DNA of 39,374 bases from the NCBI GenBank assembly GCA_009602735.1, contig WELA01003517.1:472001-511374 (forward strand), written 5' to 3'. The notes under the pieces were generated by a model. That model ran no database searches. It was given only the letters and a program-made list of their open reading frames with translations, and had not been told where the DNA came from. The position numbers were made by a program, and so were the translations under genes. The DNA comes from Mesotaenium endlicherianum (Eukaryota). This document shows positions 1-12,475 of this stretch, piece by piece; position 1 is the first letter of the stretch, and every line of letters begins with the position of its first letter.

Positions 1-474
1 CCCCCACCCCACACACACACGTGCAGGCACATGCGCGCGCTTGAGCACATATACTAGGGTGCCACAACCTCTTAGTGCACAACTCACACACATAAGGGGG
101 CACACAGACGCGCGCACAAGAGCGAGCGTGCGGAGGCCAAGCGGTCTTTGAGTTTGTACGGTGCGGTGCATGCAGGCCAGCACAGACCCCCTCCCTGCAA
201 TGCCGGCTATGCCGCGGCCTTCTGTGCACCCGACTTCTTTCAATGCGGCAGACATGTCGGGGTAAGTTTGCAACAATACCTCCAATGAGTTACCCCTACA
301 ACTACCGTCAGCTTCTGCACGTCATATTGGAGATGGCATCATACCGTGCTGCGACAAGTGAACAAAAATGGTGCCAAGGTGGCGGCCATATACAACTTTG
401 AGATAGTAAAGGAGGGTAGGGAATCAAGAAGAACGGGTGTCTTGAGGGGGAAGGAGGAGGGGGGGGGCGCTGAC

Positions 475-544
475 CTGCTTGGTGAAGAGGCGCACCAGGT
501 GCATGGGCAGCCCCTGAAACTGGTTCTGCTTTATCAGCTCGAAG
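475..544 (-). CDS. YAK1: YAK1 kinase exon (subdomain V-VIa); later exons lie beyond the left edge
   Basis: Encodes (L)FELIKQNQFQGLPMHLVRLFTKQ, with a CAG acceptor and GTCAG donor, phase 2 to 0. Confidence 0.92.
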
Positions 545-1234
545 CTGCCAGCCAGCCCCCACACACGCACGCACAAACGCACGCCGCCACAAGGCACGCA
601 CTCCCTCCCTCGCCAGCGGTGAGACGGGGCGGAGGAGGCTCTCCAAGGGCCATCCACGCCCATTCACATGGCACTGATTGGTCACGGTGGTGCAGCCAAC
701 CTCTAGTCCTCTCCCTCTCCCTCTCCCGATCTCTGTCTCTGGCTCTCTCTGGGTCCCTCTGCAGGAGTCCCAACCTTGATGCGCCCCCGTTGTCTTTGTG
801 TCAAGAAGAAGTGAGGATCAAGAGACATGCATGCGACTCTGGCATTCGTGGGTAGCTGCCACTGGTGACATAGACTAGCAGAACTCTCACTGGGCAGCGG
901 GTCTAAGAGAGGGGGCCCCGGGGGGGTGGNNNNNNNNNNNNNNNNNNNNNNNNNNNNNNNNNNNNNNNNNNNNNNNNNNNNNNNNNNNNNNNNNNNNNNN
1001 NNNNNNNNNNNNNNNNNNNNNNNNNNNNNNNNNNNNNNNNNNNNNNNNNNNNNNNNNNNNNNNNNNNNNNNNNNNNNNNNNNNNNNNNNNNNNNNNNNNN
1101 NNNNNNGGGGTGGATTGGGTCGGCAGCAATGGAGTCTCGAGTGGGAGTGGGGAGAGGCAGAGTGTTGGGCATCTGAAAAGAGCGGGCAGGCTGGGGCTGG
1201 GGGCGGGGCGGGGGCGGGGGAGGTGCATGCTCAC

Positions 1235-1344
1235 AGGTTGTAGGTGAGGAGCTCAAACACGATGCACAGGTGGCGCTGGAACACGAAGTGGTCCACCAGG
1301 CGCACGATGTGGTGCTTGTCGTCCACGTCATACTGCTCGTTCAG
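1235..1344 (-). CDS. YAK1: YAK1 kinase exon (subdomains IV-V)
   Basis: Encodes LNEQYDVDDKHHIVRLVDHFVFQRHLCIVFELLTYN, with a CAG acceptor and GTGAG donor, phase 0 to 2. The ORF track does not show it in this frame. Confidence 0.92.
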
Positions 1345-2123
1345 CTGTACTCACACTCCAAAGGGACACACACGCACACACACGCACGCATGCAAGCACG
1401 TACGCGCCCAGGCAAGCAGACGCACACGCGGACGGGGAGGATGAGCACCGGCATGCATGGGAGGATTTGCAGCACCATGCACACATCGATCCTACATACA
1501 CGTACATGCCGATGGCCGTCCGGTGCCATTGCCATCCATGCACGCACAGCTTTGGGCAATTTTCCAGGGTGCGGATTCTCTGCTTCACATGCAAGATACC
1601 AACCTACAGACGTGAGACACTCCTTCTCAGGCTCATGCGCGTAGACAAATGTGCCATGCAGCTCTCTCCCTCTCTCCCTCTGTGTCTACTGACTGGCAGG
1701 AAGGGGCCCAGATCCATTGCTGCACCCCTTGCTTGATGAGATCACCACATCACTGAGCACCATACCCCCCCCCCNNNNNNNNNNNNNNNNNNNNNNNNNN
1801 NNCCCCCCCCCCCCCCCCCCCTCTCCCGTCTCCACCCGTCTCTCCTCTCTCTACCCGCCTCCCTCTCCTTACGCAAGCTATCGTCCTTATGTGCTCTGAA
1901 GACAGGGTGTAGGCTATCCAGAACCAGGGCCAGCCTGCACCCGGTAACAGTGATAGGCCGCACAAAGCAGCTGCACTTCCTCTTCTTCTTCCTCCTCCTC
2001 CTTTGGCTGGCTAGCGAAGCAACGGGAGTCCCAAACTGTGCCCCGGAGTCTCAAAGGCGATGGCAACACGGCTGCAGCAATGGTGGGGACGGATCGTGCA
2101 CATGCGAGGAGCGAAAGATGTGT

Positions 2124-2236
2124 GAAGGCAGGGACAGAGAGAGAGAGAGAGGGAGAGTGCGGGGCAGGCACAGAGAGAGAGAGAGGGAGAGAGCGGGGCA
2201 GGGACAGAGAGAGAGAGAGAGGGAGAGTGCGGGGTC
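2124..2236. repeat. Intronic compound (GA)n microsatellite/minisatellite
   Basis: About three units resembling GGGACA(GA)nGGGAGAGTGCGGGGCA. Confidence 0.85.
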
Positions 2237-2265
2237 CAAGGGCCGGGGGCCGAGCCGGGCCGTAC

Positions 2266-2419
2266 CAGGCGCAGGATGGAGATCTCCACTTGCGCCTGGT
2301 GGAAGTAGGCCGGCTGGTTCTTGATGACCTTGACGGCGCACATGTCGCCCGTGTCGTCGCGGATGCACTTGGCCACCTGCCCAAACGTGCCCTGCCCCAG
2401 CATCTCCTTCACCACGTAC
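2266..2419 (-). CDS. YAK1: YAK1 kinase exon (subdomains I-III)
   Basis: Encodes YVVKEMLGQGTFGQVAKC...AVKVIKNQPAYFHQAQVEISILRL, with a CAG acceptor and GT donor. Phases fit both neighbouring exons. Confidence 0.93.
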
Positions 2420-3465
2420 CTGCTCCCCAGCACCCGCACCCGCTCCCTCCTCTCAGGCTTGTGCGCTCGTCATTTCCCAAGCTGCTGCTGCCGAGCTCAA
2501 GCAGCCCCTCCCGCCACGAGGGGCTTCGTGCTTGATGATAACTCAACCTGCATGCCCATCTGCCTGCCTGCCTGCACTCCAGCACCTGCAGCTAGCAGCT
2601 CGAGAAACAGAGAACAAGAGCAAGAGAGAGAGGGGGGGGNNNNNNNNNNNNNNNNNNNNNNNNNNNNNNNNNNNNNNNNNNNNNNNNNNNNNNNNNNNNN
2701 NNNNNNNNNNNNNNNNNNNNNNNNNNNNNNNNNNNNNNNNNNNNNNNNNNNNNNNNNNNNNNNNNNNNNNNNNNNNNNNNNNNNNNNNNNNNNNNNNNNN
2801 NNNNNNNNNNNNNNNNNNNNNNNNNNNNNNNNNNNNNNNNNNNNNNNNNNNNNNNNNNNNNNNNNNNNNNNNNNNNNNNNNNNNNNNNNNNNNNNNNNNN
2901 NNNNNNNNNNNNNNNNNNNNNNNNNNNNNNNNNNNNNNNNNNNNNNNNNNNNNNNNNNNNNNNNNNNNNNNNNNNNNNNNNNNNNNNNNNNNNNNNNNNN
3001 NNNNNNNNNNNNNNNNNNNNNNNNNNNNNNNNNNNNNNNNNNNNNNNNNNNNNNNNNNNNNNNNNNNNNNNNNNNNNNNNNNNNNNNNNNNNNNNNNNNN
3101 NNNNNNNNNNNNNNNNNNNNNNNNNNNNNNNNNNNNNNNNNNNCTTTCTTCCTCCCCTCCCCCTTTTTTTGCTATCTTTAACTGACAACCCTCCTTCCGC
3201 AGAGGCGCTTGAGCTCAGCCGGGCAGCTTGCCTACCCGGCACAGAGAGCTTGCACACCCTCATCTTCTTACTCACTTGAGCCTCGAAGAAAGTGTGAGGC
3301 TGTGGAGAGGCGAAGCGGAGCAGCTCATTGAGCCTCGACAAAAGTATGAGGCCGTGAAGAGGCAAAGCGGAGCAGCTCAGGGGTTGCAGGGTGGGCGACT
3401 CAGCTGACGACGGATGCGATGGATGGCATGGCATGGCACGGCAATGGTATGGTCTGGCAGAGTAC

Positions 3466-3740
3466 CCGCATCGTGCTTCGCTGTTGATGAGGACCCCGTC
3501 GACGGTGAGGATAAGGTCGGAGTTGGCATTGTCGAGGCCGTCGTTGGACAGGCCCTCTGACGGCTTCGTGAGCGCCACCACGCGGCGCGGGATGAGGGCT
3601 TCGGAGTAGGCAAAGTGCGCGTTGCATGCCTTGTACGTGTCCGTGAGATGCACCGTCAGCCTCGCCACCAACTGTTTGCCCTCCCCCCCCAACCCCCCAG
3701 GATCAAGAAGCAGCAGCAGATCGGCCCCGGAGAGCACAAA
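3466..3740 (-). CDS. YAK1: YAK1/DYRK-family kinase exon, N-terminal pre-kinase region
   Basis: Encodes LVARLTVHLTDTYKACNAHFAYSE...NDGLDNANSDLILTVDGVL, the conserved YAK1 segment ahead of the kinase domain. A pyrimidine tract and TTGAG acceptor lie upstream, and the donor is GG|GTACT (phase 2). The 5' boundary is less certain. Confidence 0.8.
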
Positions 3741-3841
3741 CTCAAGATTGGTGAGAGAGAGGGAAAAAGAGAGAGGCTGACAGCTACAAGGCTTCGAGTG
3801 ACTGCCACGAGGTGCAGAGGAGACCAGGCCGTGGTCCTTAC

Positions 3842-3862
3842 GCTACATCCCTCGCCAGCCAT
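3842..3862 (-). CDS. YAK1: Putative first coding exon of YAK1-like kinase (MAGEGCS)
   Basis: ATG at 3862 follows an in-frame TGA. The exon ends at a phase-0 donor AGC|GTAAGG, which matches the phase-0 acceptor at 3740. There is no homology support. Confidence 0.3.
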
Positions 3863-6800
3863 GTCTAGAAAGAACCCTCAAGAGGCCTCTAGACAACATT
3901 GAGCGCCCCGGAGATTAGCCACAGCCTGCCGGTCCCTACTGCCCTGAGGCCAATGGTCAGGCACTGTCTCATGAGCTAGCTCATTGGTGCACTTCCCAAG
4001 CCTTCTTGGAGCATAGCCTCAGCGGCCAGAGCTGCGAAAGGACCCAGTTCTGTGGTTCAGCAGGGAAGTGTGTTCTGAAACGAGGGGGTTCCCTGCAAGT
4101 TGTGTAATGGTAGACCTTATCTCAGCAGCTGCTACTGGCTCCGGCTACGCGGGGGCCTTTCTAGAAACCCAGCAACTGCTCCATCCACTGCAGCTCTTAT
4201 GGCTCTGCTGAGCCACCCACTACTCAGCGCGCAGTCCTGCTTTACGGTGCAGCCAGGAAATTACTGGGTACTGCGGGGCAGCGTGCATGAGGACCATGAC
4301 ACCACACCCACACCAGCGCTTATGAGTGCTTAATGCAGTGTGCCTCCAGACATGCACTATTCTGATCCGGGCCCACGTGACAGGAGTCCTGTTCTGTGGA
4401 GAGTGATATGACCCTTAGGATGCGTGGACCAAGCAAAGATTGAAATCCCTTTTGACATGCTCTGCGGTGCAGTAGTGGTGAAGTAAATGAGGTCATCTCT
4501 AACATATTCAAAAAATCTAGAATGTATGTGGCGACTACTGAGTCAATCAAAGCCCGGCCTCGTGGGAGAAGCACACAACCATGAAAACTGGGACTAGACA
4601 CGACTGAGCACCATATTGCCCGTAACAAGGTATGTCTCTTGCAATGCACGAAGAAGTAGGATTCCAAGCTATTAGTCCTAAACCTAGAAAAAGCTTTCTT
4701 CTATGCCAGCTCCAACACACTTTAATGTCCTTTCCCTCGTTACATAGTAACCATCATACATACCGGAGCGTGCGTATCTTCCTTCTCCTCAGATTGTTGA
4801 ATCAAGCTGGAATCCATATGAAAGTTATGGAAAGCTGAAGATGAATGCGACCAGGCGGAAGACAACAAGTCGGAATGGTTCCCAATTGCACCCCCATCAA
4901 CCAGGCTCCCGTCACTGTAAGAACCAAGAGTATCAACGAGCTCGTCCTCGGAGGTTGTGCACTTCACTACGTCATCAATGCTACCCATGGCTTACCCAAG
5001 AGCTACTGAACGCTTCGCATTGCGTTCCGAAGCACTTGAGAAGCCCTGGCCTCAATGAAGGCCTCTTTATCATGCAGACATATGGAGGCCCGTTGTTTGA
5101 TGTTATTAACTACTGTCTAGCTACTATCAAACGCCTGACCTGTAAGGAGCTGATCAATTGCACGAATGAAAATCACACCGATTGCTCATCAAGAGTGATC
5201 TGCACCATGCACCACTTTGTTTCACCCCGTTCAGTCTCGGGTTGAGAAACCAGCACGATTAATGCGACGACTACCTTGTTCAAGGAGTCATCGAGCCAAC
5301 GTCGAATGCCTATGCGGTTCATGTAAAAGCCATGGTGGCAACCATGGGCATTTGCCTTCGCTGTCGTTCCCCAGCACGTTTCTTTGGGCCGCAGCTGGGG
5401 CCACGTCAGAAAGTTGAATAGTGGGCTAATCGCGGGGTATTGGGTGTATGGGGGGTACTGGCGGGGAGGAATAACCGGCCCTCAGCTTCGACCAACTTTG
5501 GCTCCAATTGTGATTGTTTATGCGTGCAACGAATCTGCCAGTTTATTCGTCAAGCCTGGGTGCAAGCTCAGGCCCATCATAAGCTCGACTATTTTCACAT
5601 ATCGTTAAGCCCTCGTAGACGTTTGGCACATTCGTGCGTCTTCAGCTCTTTCGGCACCGTCCTTCGATGGAAAGAATGTGCTTGATGTGGCTTATATGCC
5701 TCCAACTTCTTGGAAGAACGCCAAGAACCTGCAAGCAACTGCAAGCCACTGCTTGCTCTCAGTATACTTGGCTACTCGTGTGAGAAAAGTTTTCAAGTTT
5801 GTCATGCGCATCGCACGCGCATATTTTCGTGTTAGAAACCTAGATGTGACCAGGACATGACCACCTTACAGGCACACACAAGGACACAGCAGGTTATTGC
5901 ATGCTCCGTACGCATGTCAATAATTTTTGTACTGTCTACCACGTGTCTGCAGCAGTCTACGACCTACGATGCCATACGATGCCAGCCTAGAATATTGTTG
6001 GGCATGACTGGTCATACCAACGAGGCCGAGGCCGTGCGACCTGCTGTGATACGTCAGATCTTGACGCCCATGTCGAGCAACATCTCGAGACCTTTCTTGC
6101 GTTTAGGAGTCTTGCGGAGATGCTGGCAGGTGCATTTGCATCTGTCCAAGTACCCACATCTGGCGCGGCTGCCGACTGCGATTCGGAGACGGATCTCTCG
6201 AGTCTCGACCTTTAAGCTCGCGTCTGTCGCCGCACGTCCGTCTGTTTAAGCGATGTTGACTACAAGTCAAGACTTCGTCAGGGCAAAAGTTCTCCAGCTT
6301 GGAAGGCTTTCAGAATGTAGAGGTCTCCTCGCATTATTAATGACTCGTTTAGGCCAAGAGGCACCAAGAGGTGCCCGCCTGATTCTTTTTACTAAACCTT
6401 TAATCTCTAGAAGTGCTCAATCCAGTCGTTAGTGGTCACTTATGGTCTTTAGTGGTCTATTAGTGTCCAAGGCAAATTATGACATAAATGCTCTATAAAC
6501 CTTTTAAAAATACGACTTTCCTTAGGGATCACATGAACATAATCGTCACACTTGATTCCATGCCAAAGATTTACTCTTGTCAAAAGAAGGTGTTCGAAAT
6601 GGCGCACAAAAAATTATCATAGAATGTTGACCTTACACCTCATAGTGGTTATCCCTTTCGAAGCGAAATTTCAGTTAAGAGAAGCTAGCACATGGCAAAC
6701 ACTCACAGGACTCAAAATTTTCATTTCGCTAAGACTCGTCCACCAACGCGACCAAGTCTCAAAAAATTCATGTAAATCACTAGCATTTTCCTAAGAAGTG

Positions 6801-7546
6801 CGTTGGGTTTGACGAGCAAATCAAGATTCTAGGAAACCCTAAGTTGAGATCGTGGGCTCGTATCCCAAAAGCAGAGGGGTAAGTGATCGTGAAATATTGT
6901 CAAAAGTTCGTGTGGGGGGCGAGAGCGGGGAAGCGAAAACATGTATTTCAATTGTTTAATAAACATAAATCAAGAAATACGAATAAAACAGATCAACAAT
7001 TAAAACATATAAATTCAATCAATTCATGATTCATCGAGTCGGGATTGATGTACAAAATTGAGCTACAAGTGTGCGACGGATCAGCTCAGAACCACCATAT
7101 TGCATTTAACTTTTCACATTCCTATGTTGACCATTTTAGGTTTCAAAGTCGTGAAAGTGTAGTGCACTGAGTTATCTTCCGAACGCGATTGATTTTGCGA
7201 CTTTAGGATAGATTAAAGGAGATATTACAATCGCAATTTCAACAATGTCACGCCACTAAGGACCTATTTACAGTTGTTAAACTCAAAATATTCAAATCCG
7301 CCACGCGCGCAATCTCGTAACTTCCAGTTCAATGAAATAAATGTTTCAAATTGCAATTGCTACTGAAGTCTTTTGGATTACGATGCACAGGTGTATTTGA
7401 TCAATCCATTAGTGCGTACATCATTAAAAAAAGTATCATGTCAAAATGGTCACATGTGCGAGTTCATTCAAATGAATGTTTAACGATATAATGCAACTTT
7501 TTTTAGTCTGTCAAAAGGGTGAGCAGGATGACATATGTATCATAGT

Positions 7547-8290
7547 TGTAAGGTCATAGGTTTATAAAGTGCATTTTTGAGTTTAATGAAAGTATGTATT
7601 GATTATATAGTAGCTTAGGGTACATTTTTGTGGTCATTTTGATATAAAGTTCATCGAATTTGGTCAAGTATTGAGAGAGTTATGGATTTCCAAAGTTTAA
7701 TTAATTTTGAGGTCGGTTGACGACTGTCCTTAATTCGCGGTGAGCGCGACCGTCGGATTGACCGACAGCGTCGAGCGAAATGGCCCGTTAGAATGAACTC
7801 GAACCTTCACGTAAGTTCGGCTGACGCGGAGTGCCGACTAGGTCGATTTACCTAGAAGTTTCGGTTTAGCCTAGCGCGTCTAAGATAGAATATTCTAGTA
7901 ATGTCGATGCATGTATGTGGACGTGAAATCGGCCCGACATGTCAGATTAGACCGATCTGGCTTTCTCACGAATATTCTGGAAGGGACGATTTGACGAACA
8001 CTTAGGAAAATCCGTAGCTCCCTCCTAGAGAGGAGCACTTAGGCAGAAAATCATAAATAGGCATAACTTCTCCAATTCTTATCAGTTTTCACTTCTGTAA
8101 ATTTCTACGGGTTTGTAATGACAAGACCTTTCACCCTACACCACTTGTGAGCAGTTTCTTGCCACTCAAATTGTCAAGTAATTTTCCTAAGCTTTCTTAG
8201 CAATATGTCGCTGCACTCTTTAGTATGATTGCAATTAGTTCCTTTCCTCGTGAGTTACTACGCTTCCACTAGGGCACTCTGCCCCTTTCA
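7547..8290 (+). repeat. Element A 5' LTR
   Basis: TGTAAGGTCATAGG...GCCCCTTTCA, a direct repeat of 29478-30230. Confidence 0.96.
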
Positions 8291-8292
8291 TT

Positions 8293-8304
8293 TGGTATCG
8301 GAGC
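8293..8304 (+). promoter_or_regulatory. Primer-binding site of A (tRNA-iMet type)
   Basis: TGGTATCGGAGC lies 2 nt after the LTR and differs by one base from the usual plant TGGTATCAGAGC. Confidence 0.9.
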
Positions 8305-8327
8305 TGGGCTAGTTTGCATATTATATT

Positions 8328-9449
8328 ATGGAGTCGCAGCCGGCAGCTGGAGGAGGCGAACATGTCAAGCATGTTGAGCGCGCGGGGCAGCAGGCAGCAC
8401 CAACAATGACCAGGGAGCAACAAGAGATGCCGGCGATGCTAAGGCAGATGGCAAATGCAATTGGAGGAGAAGTCTACACCCAAGTTCAACAAAATATGCG
8501 CGCGGAGGTGGAGAGAATGGTGCGAGTTGTTATGAAGAACGCCGCTTCGACGAGTTCGGCACCTGCACCTGTTGTGCCACTGATTCATGTTAACCCAGTG
8601 GTGCAACCAGTTATTCCGACCGCATCGGGAGTGCGTGCGCCTAAGCCTGAAGTTTATACTGGAGAGCGTGGATCGCCGCCTGTTCATCAATGGATTTTTG
8701 GAGTGAAGAAGTTTATGGAGTATTTTGCGCTCGCGCCCGACAGGCAAGTCGCCTTTGTCATAACTTTGCTGCAGAAGAGTGCTGGAGCTTGGTATGAACG
8801 AGAAGAGCAGCTGTCTGGAGTTCCTGCTACTGTTGATCAGCTCTTTGAAGGCTTGATGAGGCAATTTTAACCTATTGCACCCGAGGCTACCGCTCGAGAT
8901 CTATTGGTGCGCCTTCGTCAACGAGGAAGCGTTCAGGAGTATATATCGCGCTTCAACGAGCTGGTGCTTCAATGTCCATCCATGCACGAGTCGGAGATGA
9001 TGGACAAGTTCAAGAGAGGACCCAAGCCAACTGTGGCCAAGGAAGTGGCGCTCAAGGACCCTACCAGTCTTGGAGAAATGATGGAATTGGCAACAAGGGT
9101 CGACGCTGTGGAGTATAGTCAGAGGCAGTGGGGCAGCCACAACTTTGGAGGATATCGACACTTTGGATCTCAAGCGCCAAGCACGAGTGTTCAAGGTCCA
9201 GTATCTATGGAGCTGGGACTTGTTCAGAACCAGCGCAGGAAACAGAATTACAAGCCGAGAGGACCCTGCTATAATTGTGGCAAGCTTGGGCATCTGGCTC
9301 GAGATAGTCATGTGAAGGCAAAGCAACCTCAAAGCAGGAAAAAGGAGGACGCCAGTAAGTCGATCTGGGGTGTCTACTGGCGTGAAGACGAGAACTCACA
9401 AGGAGGTTATCCCCAGGAGCCTGCCGAGAAGAAAAAGACGAGATGTTGA
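8328..9449 (+). pseudogene. gag: Element A gag (in-frame TAA at 8868-8870)
   Basis: Capsid motifs PKPEVYTG and LRQRGSVQEYISRF are present. The zinc knuckle CYNCGKLGHLARDS has lost its last Cys. Confidence 0.9.
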
Positions 9450-11731
9450 CAAGCCTATCATCGTGGAAGAAGTGGTCGACGGCAACAAGGCGAGTGTATG
9501 GTCGACAGTGGCCCAAGTGCAAATTTTGTGCACAAGAAGCTGGTGAAAGAGTGGCGAATCCCTGTGCAGAAGCATTATGAGCCTAAGGAGGCAATTTTGG
9601 CGAATGGGCAGAGACTCAAGTGTGGTGCACCTACGGAAGCTATTCACGTGGAAGTAGCGGGGCACCGGAGTAAGGAAGTTATGGAGCAAGCAGACTTCGG
9701 TCACCATGAGGTGATATTGGGCCGACCATGGCTAAGAAAAGCCAACCCTCAAGTGCACTGGAGCACATTACAAGAGAAAGTCCAAGGGCGTGATGGTCGA
9801 ATGGAGACAGCAAAACAGGTGGAGGTAGATACGACCACAAGTAACTGTCTTCTGTCGAGCCTGCAAGTTAAGAAGCTATGCAGGGCGAATTAGGTGAAGG
9901 AGATGTACCTTGTTTCGGTGGCCTTGGCCAGGTCATTAGATGGAGCAAGTGTGAATCTTAACAGCCTGGGCAAATGTACATCGCCGGAGGAGCAAGTAGT
10001 GGTGTCTGATCCCCTTGCTCAGAAGGAGCAGAGCCCAACTGCTCAAGAGAAGAAGCCTACTGAGATGCCTGCCCAGATTAAGGCGCTGTTGGAGGAGTTC
10101 AAGACCGTATTTCCTGAGGAGCTACCTACATGATTACCTCCACAAAGAGCTATGGAGCACAAGATCGAGTCGGAACCAGGGAGCAAGCCACCAGTGAGAC
10201 CCGCCTATCGTCAATCGTTTGCGGAGTTGGACGAGTTGAAGAAGCAGCTGACAGAGTTGTTAAAGAAGGGACTTATCCGACCCAGCGAGTCTCCATTTGC
10301 AGCGCCAATCTTATTTGTGAAGAAGAAGGATGGGACTATGAGGATGTGCGTCGACTACCGGGCTCTCAACAAGGTCACTATCAAGAACAGGTACCCACTT
10401 CCACGAGTGGACGAGTTGATTGACAGGCTTGTCGGGGGGAAGTATTTCTCGAAGATCGATTTGAGGAGTGGCTATCACCAGGTACGGATTGCGGAAGGAG
10501 ACGTTCAAAAGACTGCTTTTAGAACTCGCTATGGTTTGTTCAAGTTCACGGTGATGCCTTTTGGGCTGACTAATGCACCTGCTACATTCATGGGACTCAT
10601 GAATAGTATCTTCAAACCCTACTTGGACCAGTTTGTGGTGGTATTTTTGGACGACATCCCAATCTATTCGAAGACCTTGGAAGGGCATGTGGAGCATCTA
10701 AGGAAGGTGTTGGAGGTCTTGAGAGATCAAAAATTATATGGGAAGATGAACAAGTGCAAATTCTGTCTCAAGGAGGTCGAGTTTCTTGGGCACATAGTGG
10801 GGGCTGAAGGAGTCAAGGTGGAGCAGAAGAAGGTGCAAGCAGTCAGAGATTGGCCAATACCTGCTGATATTCATCAACTCAGGAGTTTCCTTGGCATGGC
10901 AAATTATTATCGACGTTTCATTGAAGGATTTGCCAAGGTCTGTGCAACGCTCACATGTTGAAAAAGCAGGAGAAGTGGCTATGGGGTGACAAGGAGCAGC
11001 AAGCATTTGAGAGGATTAAGGAGTTATTGACACGGGCACCTGTGTTGGCAATCGCCAGAACTTCCTTTCACCATCATCACAGACGCATCAAACTTTGCAG
11101 TATGGACCATTCTTCTCCAGGACCAGGGCAAGGGATTGCAGCCTGTGGCATACGAGAGCAGGAAGTTGAGTCCTGCTGAGCAGAATTATGCAGCACACGA
11201 GCGGGAGATGTTGGCTATCATCCAGGCTTTGAGGATTTGGCGATGTTATGTGGACGGACGGAAGGTGTTCATCAAGACCGACCACAAGAGCTTGGAGAAG
11301 TTTATGACGCAGCCAACGTTGACACCAAGACAGGCAAGGTGGATGGAGTTTCTGCAACAGTTCGACCACAGGATTGAGTATTTACCTGGGAAGATCAACC
11401 CTGCAGATGCTTTATCCAGAAGGAGTGACCTTGCAGCTGTCTCGGTCATCAAGGAGAGTATGGACTTCAAGGAGAAGCTTCGAAGAGGTTATGAGGAGGA
11501 CCCAGACTTTGCTGATGGTGGAGCAGCTGAGTTCAACGCGAGTATGCAGAAGAAGGACGGCATATGGTATTATGGTGATTCCAACAGAGTGGTGGTACCT
11601 GACATCAAGGAGCTATGAGACTTACTACTTGCGGAGCATCATGACTGCTTATATGCTGGACACTTTGGAAGCGAGAAGACGGCAAGCGTGCTGAAACGGG
11701 AATACTATTGGAGAAATATGGACAAGAACAT
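9450..11731 (+). pseudogene. pol: Element A pol, 5' part: protease, RT, RNase H, start of integrase zinc finger
   Basis: Motifs [46 protein letters not shown] and H-x6-H. Several stops and frameshifts are present. Confidence 0.93.
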
Positions 11732-12441
11732 TGTAATGAATCAGTATATTGGTTGATATAATATTCATTTAAATATAACAGTTAAATAAGTTCAGCGTGC
11801 TGAACTCTAGTTAATAATCAGTCTGCTGAACTTTATATTCAATAATGACTCAGTCGGAAGCAGCAGGCTGAAGTCAGCTTAAGTCAGCTTGCTGACACAT
11901 TCTTTGACAGCCAGCTGACTTCCGTACTCGGTAGCAGCGAACTGCCTCGATATGCATCTAAGTGTGGTCTGCTGATGAATGGCCAGATGACATCCCTATG
12001 ATGGATGGCGATTCGGGATGATGGGAGATGGCGGTGGATGGTTAACCGAGGTCCTACCAACGTGGATAACTCCCGGGTAGGTGGTGCCATCGCACTGGCC
12101 GTTGAACAATAAACTCATTCCATGTACATATGCTAGGCATTGCTCTCGAGTTCGACATTCGGATATGAGGCCAACTCTCTTGTACAGCTTACTGAGAGAG
12201 ATTTGAAACTAAGGCGAGAAGCCACTGATACGCACTGTCTTCTAACCTTGCTTATGTATGAGTTTATGGATTGCATTATTGATGCTAATTTACTCGCATT
12301 TGACTTACGAGTGTTGTTCACTGCTAGTGTGTTGTCCTTTTGCCGTTTAATCAATTAACGAAAAATACCATAAAGATTATTTGCTGATATAAAGATCTTT
12401 ATGAATTGTTAATTGCCTATTTGGTAAGTCGATTCATTTCA
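11732..12441 (+). repeat. Element B 5' LTR
   Basis: Repeat of 27756-28474. Homologous to 15158-15876 and 23188-23906 (both inverted) and to 36521-37083. Confidence 0.95.
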
Positions 12442-12442
12442 G

Positions 12443-12454
12443 TGGTATCGGAGC
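12443..12454 (+). promoter_or_regulatory. Primer-binding site of B (tRNA-iMet type)
   Basis: TGGTATCGGAGC lies 1 nt after the LTR. Confidence 0.9.
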
Positions 12455-12475
12455 AGTTATCACAGTCTTCTTTGT

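Noticed and set aside
300..3460. Overlapping ORFs through GA/CA repeats and N runs
   Set aside because: They are artefacts of low-complexity introns and gaps. Only the spliced kinase exons are supported.
4100..6300. Short ORFs upstream of YAK1
   Set aside because: No recognisable domains or consistent exon structure, so I cannot support a call.
11793..11944. CRISPR-like reading of the spaced palindromes
   Set aside because: The context is a eukaryotic LTR, the units are 10-bp degenerate words, and there are no cas genes.
11884..12358. Recurring small ORFs in the LTRs (MAPPTREL..., MLSSS..., MRT...)
   Set aside because: They recur only because the LTR is repeated. Indels between copies shift their frames.
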